Origin: Bilabrum cf. latius
Lineage: Eukaryota
DNA: 64,000 nt
Assembly: GCA_965178125.1 (NCBI GenBank)
Contig: OZ237754.1
Location: forward strand, 868,001-932,000
Direction of reading: 5' to 3'
Position 1 is the stretch's first letter, and every line of letters begins with the position of its first letter. Position numbers and translations under genes: made by a program. Of the stretch, positions 49,590 through 61,577 are shown in pieces. Below the pieces are notes generated by a model. The model saw nothing but the letters and a program-made list of their open reading frames with translations. It had not been told where the DNA came from and ran no database searches.

Positions 49590-50894
49590 TTAGTATCCAC
49601 GCAAACGCCTAATACGATCCTATTGAAACTACCTTTCTTGGGCTTCTTTGCCTTGTAACCCGGCACGGCGTTCAGATTTATTGATTCTCCGATGTGATTT
49701 TGGTGCAATTGCTTTCAATCCTTTATCACCGATTACCTTGCGCAATGGAGCTCCAACCAATCCATCAAACAAAAATCGCCCAGCATCCTCAATGATTCCT
49801 TTGCCTTTCATATTCGATTGTTTCACAGCCTTAAATGCCTGTTTCATTGCTTCTCCACGGCTCAATTTAGGATTCTAGCGCCTCATCTATCCAGCTAAAC
49901 GCAATGCCTAGGATTGTAATGTACGATTCCATTTACCCGATTTCGGTGCACCCATACCCTATGTACCCTCCGCTGAACCTAAGTTACCCATTGTGTTTGC
50001 GGTTAACCTATCTGGTTCTGTGGTTTGCCTACTTGATCTGCGTCGTGCAGGAGCTGGTGCAGGAGCAGGAGCAGGAGCTGGTGCAGGTGCAGGAGCAGGA
50101 GCAGGTGCAGGAGCTGGTGTAGGATCATTATCGGAATCACCGCCAGGTCCTGGTCCGCCAGGAGCAACATCAGCAGCCCGAGCACGAGGAGCACGAGCAG
50201 GAGATCCTGCAAAACCTTGTTCCATCTATTCTGCGAGATCAGCTGCTGGTACCAACTATGGCACTGGTATTCGTGCTCCTCGTCTTCGTGCCCGTGCCCG
50301 TGCAGGTGCAGGTGCCGGTTCAGGTACTGAATCAATAATCCAAGGTTCGATATCTACTCTTCGTGGACGCTCTCCCACAGGATTTGAACCCTCTTCTGGT
50401 ATTTCTCTCATTGGATCACGATCCACACGATTGGGATTACGCTTGATTGCATACTACAATGCATCTCGAACTCCATTTTCAATTAGTAACCTTCGTATTG
50501 CCTAATTGCTTCCTCTATTAACATTTAAACGCTTAAACTAGGCTTCTATCTCTTTAAGGCTCTTGGGCAAAATAATATCACCACTATACAAACTCACTTC
50601 TAAGGCATCTATTACTCTCTGCCTACTAGTTGCCGTTCTTGCCCTCTATAACTAGCCCAATAATGCTTTAACCCGCCCAGTTGCCTAATCATTTCTGGTA
50701 CGTTCAAGTTCACTCACCACACCTGCCTTTCTCAATCTCTCTTGATCTTGTTGCTCTTTACGTGCTCGGTTTTCCTGCCTCACACGGCGGTTGTTTTCCT
50801 CCATGTTTTCTCTTCTTTGTTCTGCTAAACCGGAGTATCTCTCAATTGTTAGCTCTTTAAGAATCTTTCGCAACTTTTCATCGCTTTTTGCCAT
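49590..50894 (-). CDS. Arg-rich protein with coiled-coil and PA repeats, possible virion core protein (434 aa, TAG=Gln)
   Basis: ORFs 50685, 49959 and 49629 share one frame joined only by TAG. ATG 50894, TAA 49590. Confidence 0.7.
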
Positions 50895-50932
50895 ATATAA
50901 TAACATTGAAAATATTTTATATACCTATAGTA

Positions 50933-51955
50933 ATGATTTCCACTCGACATACAAAAGATGGTGTTCCTGTTGCACTTGATATGAATCGCAATGATCCAGA
51001 TGTTATATACTACAACCGCAAACCACCTGAAAATGATTCTGATTCTGATGATGATTCTGGTGATGAATCCGATATCAGTGAATCTGATCTAAGGTTGAGA
51101 TACGGTGTTCGTGCCACCAGATACCAGCGACAACTACCAGAACTAAAGAAAAAGTTTAAATAGGAAATGCGGGAAGGAAAGATCCTACATGGAAAATATA
51201 AAAGTAAAAAAGGAACGATTATTCCGTATCCCGATCGAGATGCACGCGATTGCCGAACTGCGTACCATATAATGGGTAAAGCAGGTTCAGGTAAAACTAC
51301 CTGGGTGCTAGAACAAGCCAAAATTATTAGGAAACTATTTAATAAAAAGGTGTATGTGATCAACGGCAAGGATGATGAAAAGCGATTCAAAGAAGCCAAG
51401 TTTCATACCCTCGATATCGATGATCTTATCATTGGCGATAGTTCCGAACGAAAATATCAAGAGGCTAAACTGCGCTACAAAATGCTGGATAAGAGCGAAC
51501 TAGATCCTGAGGAGGTTATTGAAATGAAACTTGCGGTTGAATCCTTGAAGCCAAAGAAAAAGATCAACTATTCGGTAACCGAAGGATTTTTGAAGCTGAT
51601 CAAGAATTCTGTATGGATATTTGATGATGTGGAAGGCGGTGAACTGCAAAACAAAGCCCTGTTCTTGATCAATTATATTCTTACCAAGGGTAGAAGTACC
51701 GAAACCGATATCTTTGTAATTACACACTTACCATCTTGGGGTTAGAATACCCGCACTCTACACAATGAAATTAACATCTATGTAATTTTCTAGCGCAACA
51801 AACCTCGTTAGAATTAGTTTCTAATGGAAAACTATCTGAAATTTAAAGCTAAGGAGATAAAAAAGGTGAAAAGCCTGTTAAGCCGAAACGATTGGGTAGC
51901 CATAAACCAGCAACGCAATTGCTTGATATCACCTCATCAAGTTTGTTTGATATGA
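50933..51955 (+). CDS. FtsK/HerA (A32-like) genome-packaging ATPase
   Basis: Walker A GKAGSGKT, Walker B WIFDD, and ILTKGRS..ITH..G(Q)NTRTLHNE typical of virophage ATPases. Read through TAG to TGA. Confidence 0.9.
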
Positions 51956-51981
51956 TTTTCTAGCATACTACTATAATCATA

Positions 51982-52524
51982 ATGGATCAGTTACTTGATA
52001 AAATTAAATCGGGGCTCAGCCCACAACAGTTGCAACACTTGAAAGCCAATGTGCCTGTTTTTACCAACGATCAAATTGAATAGCACGGATTACCCACTGG
52101 CAAGGATCAGGATTTCGTTTTGTTTTTCCCTTTGATACGGCAAGGCAAAAACGAATCTGGGCATTACTGTGCCGTTATTCAAAGCCTCGATCCCAATCGT
52201 ATCCACTATTATGATCCATACGGATTTTTACCCCATGCAATCACTAAAACCAGCCCACAGCGAGAAGCCCTTGGCTACCTAGATCGATAGAAAGGCATCT
52301 TAGGCAAACTAATAAATGATCATCGAACCATAGATTATTCACCATTCCCTCACCAAATCGATGATCCACAAATCTCAACCTGTGGTAGGCACTGCTTGCT
52401 ACGATTAAGTAATCGGCATTTAAATCATGAACAGTACAATAAGCGATTATTACAAAAGTGTAAGCAACACAAAGTTAAGCCCGATGTGTTTGTTACCTTG
52501 TTTGAACAATTCAGACCCATGTGA
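51982..52524 (+). CDS. Adenain/Ulp1-like maturation cysteine protease
   Basis: Catalytic GHYCAV, YYDPYG and HQ....STCGRHC. Missed by the ORF track because of in-frame TAGs. Confidence 0.9.
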
Positions 52525-52552
52525 TTTATTTCTCATTTAAACTATATCTCAA

Positions 52553-53461
52553 ATGAGCAATAAAACCTACCAGTATGTAAATCTACGCTACTTCAACCCA
52601 GAAACTACCACTGCCACTCGAACTTTGTTAGAGGAACAGCGTTCTGGCAACATTTTAGATGATAAAATGTATAAACTCAGTGTGGATCGATGGAATATCG
52701 AACAAGCTGTATTTCCAGTATTTGAACCTAATCCTAAGCTAACTTATACTGTTAACATTCGTGATCAGGCTTCAAGCACTGTGAGTTCAGCCAATGTTAA
52801 CTTTGGCAGCAACAAGTTTGTTTACAATATGGCAGAAGTGGTGGCGGCTATAAACATTGCTATAGCGACCGCTTGTGCTGCTCACTCATCTCCAGTTTCA
52901 CCCGCGGATTTTCCTGAGTTAACTTACGATGGCATTCTATTTTTTATCGAAAGCACCAGCAACTTTCGGGATTTAACCACAGGATACGATTTGGGATTCA
53001 ATGAGCACTTGTTTGCCATGTTCCATACCTTTCCCAGAATTCCTTAGGATACATTGGAGAATCCCTATTTTTTCTTGGATGTTGATGTAGTGCAACAGCC
53101 TGAATCCACTCTTGAGGCAATAGTTCCTGTGAAACGAATTGAAATTGAGGGTACGTTACCCATGATCAGCGAGTTGTTGCCAAATTCAGTTGAATCAGCC
53201 GAAGGCTAGTTTTCTACTCGGGTCGAAAACATTATTACCGATTTCAATTTCTTTCCAAGTAACGGCAGCCACCTTCAATCAATTACTTATAGTGCTGGTG
53301 GCAACCACCGATGGGCAACAGTAACTGGAAACCAGTTCAACAACATTCAACTCAGGTTTTACTGGTTGGATAGTAAAGGTGTTAAGTACGATGTGAAGCC
53401 TCGTGCCCGAACCTCTGTTTCGGCAAAATTAGCATTTGTGGAGGTGAGTGAGCTAAATTAA
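52553..53461 (+). CDS. Minor capsid (penton) protein
   Basis: Lies between protease and MCP. C-terminal IITDF..YS..RW..NNIQLRFYWLDSKG..SAKLAF resembles virophage pentons. Read through TAG to TAA. Confidence 0.82.
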
Positions 53462-53492
53462 GAAATAATTATTTTATCAGTTTAAATCATAA

Positions 53493-55220
53493 ATGTCTCA
53501 AACCTTAAGACAAAGTTTACCAGTAAGTGTGGCAGTTGATCCAAAGTACAACTTCCTCGATCCTTCCAGAGTAAAACAACAGGTAGAAGCAGGTAACACC
53601 AAGATTGGTTACAACCGCTTAACCTTTACTGATCCTGTTGCAAATGGTGCAACCTTGAATATGACTATAAATCCAGTAAAAGGTAATTTCAATCAACCTA
53701 CTTTAAGATACATTCAACGAGTTCGAGTGGCTAAGGCAAATGCTGCTGCCCTTGCTCTAGCAGATTTAAAGAGCAGAGTTGGTGTTAAACCTTTCCCCTT
53801 GGCTAGAATGTTTGATCGTACCATTGTGGATCACAATGGTTCTACTTGGGTGAGTGAGAGTTACTAGGAAAGCAAAGAGTTTGCTCATAACCACGATCCA
53901 GAGATTGGTTACCGAATGAGCCCTGCTCCTGTTCCTGATAAAAACACTGCATATAGCCGTGATTATCTCAGTGATCCACTCCGCGTTTCATTAGATACAA
54001 TTGATTAGAACGAATCCCGTGGTTTCGGCAACCGTTACTCTGTATACTATGTTGGTCCAGCTGCTGGCAACTCACACGAATTCCTCATTATTCTGGAGGA
54101 GCGCCTATGGAACAAGTTTTTCCCTTTCAAGGATGCCTATCCTAATCCTTACAAGAACCTGCAACCGTTCGATCTCAAACTTGAGATTGGTTCTAATGGA
54201 TTATAGCGCATATGGTCTGCCTCAACTGTCGGCGGACAGGATTTAGCATTTACCCAAGTTGGTAACCCATCCCTGTTTCTGGATTTCACTATCGATACAC
54301 CTGCGCTTGAAGTTCCTCAACCAAACAGAATTGTGCTAAACTCAGTACATCGCCAAAAGCGTTAGGAACGCCCTAACCAGGCTATTCCAGCCGCTGCAAA
54401 CGGTGTGCCAGGCAGCATTGAGCACCAGATGTAGTCTTATGATTTCGCATACACACCAGAAATGTTGCTGTGTTACGTGGAACGCGATCCTGTGGCTGGA
54501 AGCAACTAGCCTGATTAGTTTTTACCCATTTCTGCCATCAACCTAACCATCAATGGTGAACAAGATATTGGCAGGTTGATTTCCCAGTATGAACTCTGGC
54601 AAATGAGCACCAAAAACGGATATAACGGCAGATTCGGGCATTTCGCTGGTTTAATCTAGGATTTCTCAGTTGGTGCCAACCGAATTTACGGCAACGGTTG
54701 CATGTTGGCAATAAAACCATCCCAATTGCCTCTGCCTCAGGAAACCCAAGGTGGTGTGAATGCTAGATTCTCTATCTAGGCTACTGTTACTATCCAGAAC
54801 CCCACTGGTGCTGCAGTGGCAGCTGGTAGTTACCGCTTATGGATGATTCTAGCCAACTCCGAAGCCAATTACCTCAAAGACGGTTTGATGGAGAGCCGTG
54901 TGTTACTTGCCGATCCAGTTAAGAGCCTAACCGCTACTAATGTTACTTACAAAGATGATGGAGTATCTGCCTCAATCGTGGGTGGAAGGCGTGGTTTCTT
55001 CGGTCGACTGTGGAACGGAATCAAGAAAGCAGCCCCAGTGCTTAAAGAGGTTTCTAAAGTTGCCCGTAACCTACCTATTGTAAAGAATTATGTTGGTGAT
55101 AATACCGCTGTGGGTAAAGTTGCCAAAGCAGTGGGTGCTGGAAAAAGGGGTAAAGGCGTAAATCGGGTGGCTGGTAAGAGCGTTTCTACTCAAGCACTTT
55201 TAAGCAAACTTGGAATGTAA
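53493..55220 (+). CDS. Major capsid protein (double jelly-roll, virophage type; 575 aa, about nine TAG=Gln)
   Basis: One frame from ATG to TAA. Motif FLPISAINLTING...QYELWQMSTKNG. C-terminal IVGG followed by a basic, amphipathic extension. Confidence 0.9.
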
Positions 55221-55243
55221 ATAAATCTAAGATCTAATAGTAT

Positions 55244-56137
55244 ATGAACAACAAATCTTATTAGAACTTAAGTGCACTTAAGTACCTGGGGCAACCAATT
55301 AATATCACTGGTTACAATTTTGCACGACCCGTACTTAAACTGTTTAACGATATCAAATTTCCCGATCGAACCTTGAGATTAGCAGGAACTGCTCGGTTCA
55401 AGGTTCTTTCGTTGTTTGCCTCTGATATTGATTTATTTCAACTGCTTAACAAAAAGGATATCCCGCACTTTGCCACACACATTTCCAACTTGGCAAAAAA
55501 AATGGCACCATCCAAACAAGCCAACCATGCCACCTTTGTTGAATTTAAATCAGGTGGAAGGCATTACACCAGAAAAGAAATGGCAAACCTCTCAACTAAC
55601 CAGAAACTAAAGCAGGAAATCGAGCACAACATCCATCATGATCCGTTCAACAAGGTAGATTTGATTTTTTATGATGGCAAAACTTACGAGGAAATCACCA
55701 TCGTGTACCAATTTGAGGAACTTGCCGATGTAGCAACCATTCTACAAAGCCTTGTTAAGGATGCCAACAAGTATATTAGTTCAGGCAATTTATACAAAGC
55801 CACCAAACGATTGCACAACATCTCCCGTTTGCAAGGCAAACAACCCAACTCACCCGGTCTCAAATCTCTGGAACAGATTATTACCAATCCTATTCTTTCC
55901 ACTCTCAACCTTGCTAAGAGCTAGTTGGAGGCTTACTTGCGAGTACCTACTGGATTTCGCCACAGCACTGCACTCGAATACCTTAAGCAAAGAGTGGGTA
56001 AGGTGATGAAACCCAGATCACTGCGGACACTTGCCAAGCATTTCAAGAATAACACCAACAAATCAATTAAACTAGCCATTACTTAGCTTAAGCGATATTT
56101 GAATCAACTAAGCAGATCCATGATTTAGCAAAAATAA
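55244..56137 (+). CDS. Pol-beta nucleotidyltransferase-like protein
   Basis: LAGTA......ASDIDLF resembles the GS..DxD motif. Directly downstream of MCP. Read through TAG to TAA. Confidence 0.55.
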
Positions 56138-56156
56138 AATCATGCGAAATACTATA

Positions 56157-56435
56157 ATGCTAAGTAACTGGAGCAAATTTATGAAACAACTGTGGTCCAA
56201 AGTTAAGGGCTAGATGAAGTATATCGATGCCGTAAGAATGGCTAAAGAACAAGGATTGTATGATGCTTGGCTATCTAAGCATGGATTATCACGTGCCCCC
56301 AAGAAACGCACTTACAAACGCAAACGCAAGGGTGGGCAAATGGTTTAGGATTAGATGGGCATGGGGTTAGTTGAAGATTAGATGGGTATGGGCTTAGTTG
56401 AAGGCGGTGCTAGCACTCTTAATGATCTATTCTGA
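56157..56435 (+). CDS. Small basic protein (92 aa), candidate DNA-binding core protein with GG sites
   Basis: MLSNWSKFMKQLWSKVKGQMKYIDAVRMAK..KKRTYKRKRKGG..QMGMGLVE (x2)..EGG. Requires TAG=Gln; ends TGA. Confidence 0.65.
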
Positions 56436-57017
56436 TTCATTACAATTCTTCCCAAGCCATTGTTTGTGTTTTTGGCTTTTCCTGTGCCTTGATAAACAAT
56501 AACGAGAAATAACTGATCCGCATTCACACGTAACTTTTTCCTTTCTTTTATTCATAATCTTGGATTTATTCATTTCACGGTATTTCTTACCGTATTCCTA
56601 TCTCTCATCTCGGTTTTTAAAGTAGTATTGTTGACTATATTTCAACCTTTTTGTTCTGTTCTATTCGCGATAAGCCTGTTGGTACTCACCGCAATCATCC
56701 GTTGGAATTCCTGTTGGAATATAAATATTCAAACAGGGGTAGTTTTGAATGTAAAAGCGTTCCTTTGATTGAAGTTCATGTTTCGATTCACATGGAAAAT
56801 GCTCAACAATTTGAATTTTTACCTTACTTTGATCACGTTCAAACAGATTAAATGAGGAACACTTGTTACGTTTTCTCTATAGATAGTGTTTGAAGTGGGC
56901 TCTATGGCTACGTAATCGTTGTTCTAAGCTCGTGGTGGTGCTTCCATAATATGGCAACAGTACTGGGCTCTCCGTAGAGTAGAGCATATAAATCTTTCCT
57001 TTTCTGTAATTAGGCAT
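56394..57017 (-). CDS. GIY-YIG endonuclease with C-terminal zinc finger
   Basis: MPNYRKGKIY..YYGSTT..LEQRLRSH..KERFYI..CLN, and C-terminal CECG..RHRKSQKH. Absent from the ORF track because of TAGs. Confidence 0.85.
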
Positions 57018-57063
57018 TTACTGTTATTGTTGATTTTCAATTTTTTTATTACCGATAAGATAT

Positions 57064-57711
57064 ATGTCTTGCGATAAACAAGAATTGTATGAATAGTTTA
57101 AGAAAATCGGGCAGCAAAAGTTTAGTGCTCCCCACCAACAGCAAATCTATCTACAATATATACGCTCAGTATTGTTTCCTGCTGGTGATCCTGAACCTGA
57201 TTCGGAATCTGATAGCGATACTGATAGTGATAGTGATAGCGAGAGTGATTCCAATTTGATTATCGAATCAAAACCTGCTACTCCTCCGGCAGTACCCGCT
57301 TCACCACAACCCAAACCTAAACCTGAGCCAAAATCAAAACCCGAACCCGAACCCGAACCCGAACCTGAGATTGATCCCGAACCTGTGAAAGTTGATCCTG
57401 CTGTTGATCTCAGCCCACCTAAACTGGAACGCCAAAAAAGGGTTGTTATTGTGCCCGGTTTTGGTGATCCTGATCCTGAACCCGAACCAGTGGTTCAAAA
57501 GAGTGATCGTGAGGATTTCAGATTCATGGTTCGAGATGGATCTGAAAAAGTGTATTTCGGCACTCCCACCATTCTAACCCTAAAAGAAGCAATTGATGGC
57601 AAGGTTTGTAGCCAACGCAAAGCGGTTTCTAGGGTTAATCGATATTTAGCCTAGTTCAACTAGGCAACACCAAGAGGCAAATGGGAGCACCAATACTATC
57701 TCAATCAATAA
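57064..57711 (+). CDS. Acidic Asp/Ser- and Pro/Glu-rich hypothetical protein
   Basis: ATG 57064 to TAA 57711 in one frame via TAG. Low-complexity DS and PE tracts. Confidence 0.65.
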
Positions 57712-57743
57712 AATAATTATCCATACTTAAGTTATAACAAAGT

Positions 57744-58118
57744 ATGCACAATTATGAATATATTGAAATTAAACCATCTCAAATCCATGGACATGGCGTG
57801 TTTGCTCGATGCAAGATTGCCAAGGGCACTAAATTAGCCTATTTTTACGGCATACCCATGAAACCCAAAGATATCATGCTCAAATACGGCAACTACCGTT
57901 TTACATATCGGCGCCCATTTCAAAGCACATGGATTTGCAGCAGAGAAACACCCAATCTAATCAATTTTGTTAACTCTGTGGGCTTTGGTAAATCCAAAGG
58001 AATGAAAGCAAATGTTATTCTCAAAAACAGATGGCTAGTTCCCATCCGAGATATCCAAGCTGGTGAAGAATTACTGCTCGAATATCCTAAGGGATACTGG
58101 AAGCACGGCGATGATTAA
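57744..58118 (+). CDS. Stand-alone SET-domain lysine methyltransferase (vSET-like)
   Basis: IKPSQIHGHGVFA..IAKG, FVNS (for NHS), RDIQAGEELLLEY. 124 aa. Confidence 0.85.
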   Translation: MHNYEYIEIKPSQIHGHGVFARCKIAKGTKLAYFYGIPMKPKDIMLKYGNYRFTYRRPFQSTWICSRETPNLINFVNSVGFGKSKGMKANVILKNRWLVPIRDIQAGEELLLEYPKGYWKHGDD

Positions 58119-58158
58119 ATTTAGTGAAATTAAAAAACAATAAATTTAATTAATCCGT

Positions 58159-58809
58159 TTAGGCTGTTGGTGGGTACATCATCCAGTTAAACTGGAAATC
58201 GTTGCCTCCATGTGCGCCTGTAAGATGCACTGTAAATTCACCATCACCCGCAGTTACGTGGGTAAAATCAACTCCGCCTGTGGGTACACTTGTGGGTGTT
58301 AGATGCACGTGATGATCAGATGTGCAGCCTGCTGCAGCCACAACTAGTGTTTGACCACCTCCGCTCCAGGTTTCCTATCCTCTTAGTGCAGGTACGTTGT
58401 TTGCAGTTACATCGCCCTAAACTATGATGTTACCAGATCCAGATCCACCTGTAATGCGAACACCTGCACCGGCTGAATTGGCTCCAAATCTTACCTCGCC
58501 CGGGCTAAAGAACATCTATCCTGTGCCCTGATCGCCCCATCCTATGATACCGAAGTTACCCTCACTGAAACTTGAATCGCCCTCGATGCTTCTGGCAACC
58601 ACATTTCCACCTAATTCCATATTACCTGTTGAACTTACTGCAAGAAGTTGAGTGGTTACATCGGATGCCACATTCTCAGAGTTAATTATAAAATTTCCAC
58701 CTTTAGCTGAAAAGGAAGCCCCTGAAGTAGAGCCTGATGTTTCAGTGCAAAGTAGTTTGTTTACGTAGATTTGTTCATCGTTTGGTTCGTTAAAAGTACT
58801 AGCTGACAT
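58159..58809 (-). CDS. Gly/Ser/Thr-rich beta protein, possible fibre or spike
   Basis: Two ORFs in one frame joined via TAG. Composition suggests a beta-rich fibre. Confidence 0.5.
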
Positions 58810-58856
58810 AGCTTATAACTTAAACTACAAAAAAATAATTTAATTCTTAATCCTAT

Positions 58857-59477
58857 ATGGTAGAACCCAACACCGTAATTATAGGGGCATCTGTTGCCCC
58901 ATGGATTTACAAAGCAGGTTGCATGATCTTAGATTGGCTCTAGAAGCCCCGCTCACAACGCCGAAAGTTAGTGCTTCTTCTTCCTTAGAAAGCACTTAAA
59001 AGCACTATATGCAAACGCTTAACCAGTAGCAACCCCAATGTTCGTTTATATGATTTAGATGAAGTTGTATTAGCCCGAGCATCTGCCGAAGATGTAGTTA
59101 AACTTAAGTTAGCTGAGCACTGCGATAACAACGCTTCCGAGTTACTCAGGTATAAATACGTTTAGAGTGCCATTGATGAAATTAAAGCAACTTGGTTAAA
59201 GGATCGCAATCACCGTGCTATTTTTGTTACCAGTGATGCTTCTGTAGTTGCCTCCATCTTCAAACCCACCTCGATTGGTGTTGCTATGCCGAGCGAACAA
59301 TTTCACCAGCAACTTATCCAAAAATTAAGCCCTGAGGAGCAAACTGTTGCCAACCGATCACATGCCCAGTTTAGAGATTTATTTTATCGCACTGATGATC
59401 CATGTTCGGTCTACGATTCACTGCAAGATCTAGCAAATATCATCATTGCTCACTATGGCTTGAACTACAGACCTTAA
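58857..59477 (+). CDS. Hypothetical protein, possibly a degenerate P-loop kinase fold
   Basis: One frame via TAG. LLLPQKALKSTICKRL..YDLDE weakly resembles a P-loop kinase. Confidence 0.5.
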
Positions 59478-59528
59478 GCCTTTAAGCCTTTAAGAATAAT
59501 TATTTTCTCCACCAGGATTATAGCAAAT

Positions 59529-59948
59529 ATGCCAAAACCACTCAAAGTAGTAATAAAGAAAAGAGAACCCGCTCCTAGCCACAACCCAATCGCCTTGATT
59601 CACCCCGAAACCTCGAATACCGTTCAGGAACTGCACCAGTAGTACACCGAATCGTTCGAGCAGAACCAGCAGGAAATCAAGAACCTCAAACTAGAAGCCC
59701 GTCGGTTGCTACGCAAGGTACGCAAATAGTGCCCTGAAATTCATGAACAGATTAGAGAACTTCGAACTAACCTCAAATAGCAAAAACACAACCTAGAACA
59801 ACTACAACAGGAAATCAAAGCGCAATCTGATTTGCTTCGATCGAGCGCACCCGAGGAATACCAAAGGCTGGATAAGATTCGAGAAGAATCCAAAAAGTTA
59901 CAAAAGCAACTCCAATACGATCAAAATGTTGCCGATTTTCTAAATTAA
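59529..59948 (+). CDS. Coiled-coil protein
   Basis: Q/E/L/K-rich heptads in one frame via TAG, ending TAA. Confidence 0.65.
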
Positions 59949-59961
59949 TTTCTATTTTTAC

Positions 59962-60523
59962 TTTTAATCCTGTACTAAATTGATACGGATTAAATGCAAA
60001 ATATTCTCTGTCTAGATACTCACCCAGAGAAAATCCTGTTTTCATTAATTAGATAGTTTGGTTTTATACCGCCCCCGATCAGTTTGTAAACATCTACGTG
60101 ATCTAAATGCGGTTTCTGCAAATGACCCCTAACTCCCAACACAATTAGATTTTCCACCAATCGAATGCGAATGCTAAAAGCACCCGATTTGTGAGTTTGT
60201 CGCTTTGCAATCCAGATATCATTATCAATATGCTGTTGGTTCAACGGAGATGAGTACACTGTTTCATAAACAGTATTTCCAGCCTCGTGCTACACCTTTT
60301 TCCCATTTCGTGCTATTTCAACAAACAAATCCTAGATTTGTTCCATTCGAATGCTTTCAATTCCTTTACTACTATCGCTATTGTTCATTTATATTTTACC
60401 ATAGATAATTTCAAATCATATTATTCCATTCCCATTTCCATTCCCATTTACCTTTAATCCCGTACTAAATTGATACGGATTAAATGCAAAATATTCTCTG
60501 TCTAGATACTCACCCAGAGAAAA
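59962..60523. terminator. Repeated ~70-bp hairpin element (59962-60032, 60453-60523; inverted partial copy ~47085-47142)
   Basis: TTTAATCC(T/C)GTACTAAATTGATACGGATTAAATGCAAAAT.. is an imperfect stem-loop located at gene 3' ends, including between convergent genes. Confidence 0.55.
60020..60388 (-). CDS. Hypothetical protein
   Basis: ATG 60388 extends ORF 60020-60259 through two TAGs. TCTA upstream. Confidence 0.55.
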
Positions 60524-60524
60524 C

Positions 60525-60812
60525 TCAATTTGAATCAACTTTCAGCCATTCCCATGGTTTCCTCATGGGTAGCCAATCTACTGGTACCTCCTCCACCTTG
60601 TAGTGCTTTGATACACCTTCTTCAGCATTCTTAACCTTATAAGTTCCTTTCTTGATTAGGTTAACTGTTAACCTACTGATTGGATGCAATTTAAACAAAT
60701 CCGAATGCATTTCTGCCAACAGCTTTAGTACCGTATTGCAGTTTCTAACCTAATACACATGCTAACTTTTATCTAGTTCTATCACCTTTAACTTTACATT
60801 ATGTTTACTCAT
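60525..60812 (-). CDS. Hypothetical protein
   Basis: ATG 60812 extends ORF 60525-60719 through two TAGs. Confidence 0.55.
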
Positions 60813-60887
60813 TTCTATAATATATCCTATATTTTTTAATTCATTTTTTTAAAAAATAGTTTAAGAACTTTCCTAACTCTATACTAT

Positions 60888-61175
60888 ATGGTAAATAAAT
60901 GCACTCACACCTCTCAAACCTCAATCGTTCTTGAAAACAGTGTTCATTATGGAAAACAAGTATGTTCCCATTGTGGCAAATGGCTAAAATGGCTACCCAA
61001 TCCTAAAACTGCTATCCTACTCTCAAGGCAAAAACAATGCATCCAAGATTTACTACTCCTGGATTCTCTACCTGATCACTATTGTAAATTTATCTAGGGC
61101 ATATCCCAATCCAAACGCCTCTCTCCTAAACAGCAAAAATATCTTTTCGCTCTACATTCTTAGTTCATTAAGTAA
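60888..61175 (+). CDS. Zn-ribbon protein
   Basis: C..H..HYGKQVCSHCGKWLKWLP, and C-terminal LSPKQ. Read through TAG to TAA. Confidence 0.65.
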
Positions 61176-61577
61176 ACCAAATAATATTTGGTTTAGTTCA
61201 GAGGGATCGAACATTTATGAACATTTATGAACATTAAAATGTTCCTTACTTTAATTCGGATTTTATTTGTTTTTATAGGGGTAGAACGTTTTGAACATTA
61301 AAAAAATATAAATATAAAAAAAAACGTTTTTCACACATTTTTGAAATTAAAAAATGGTGAAAATAAGGTTTTTTACAAATCAAACCCACCCTCAAAAACG
61401 CTCATTTTTTTTACTTGATCATCGTAGGGAATTTCTGTACGAAATCCGAGGAACGTTAAAATGAGCGTTTTTAGAGTTAATTGCAATGATCAGGCTTCCG
61501 ATCTAAACACAAGTTAATTTGATTATAATCAACTTTTTAAAAAACTGATTTAAAAAAATTTAGTGGAATATAATATA

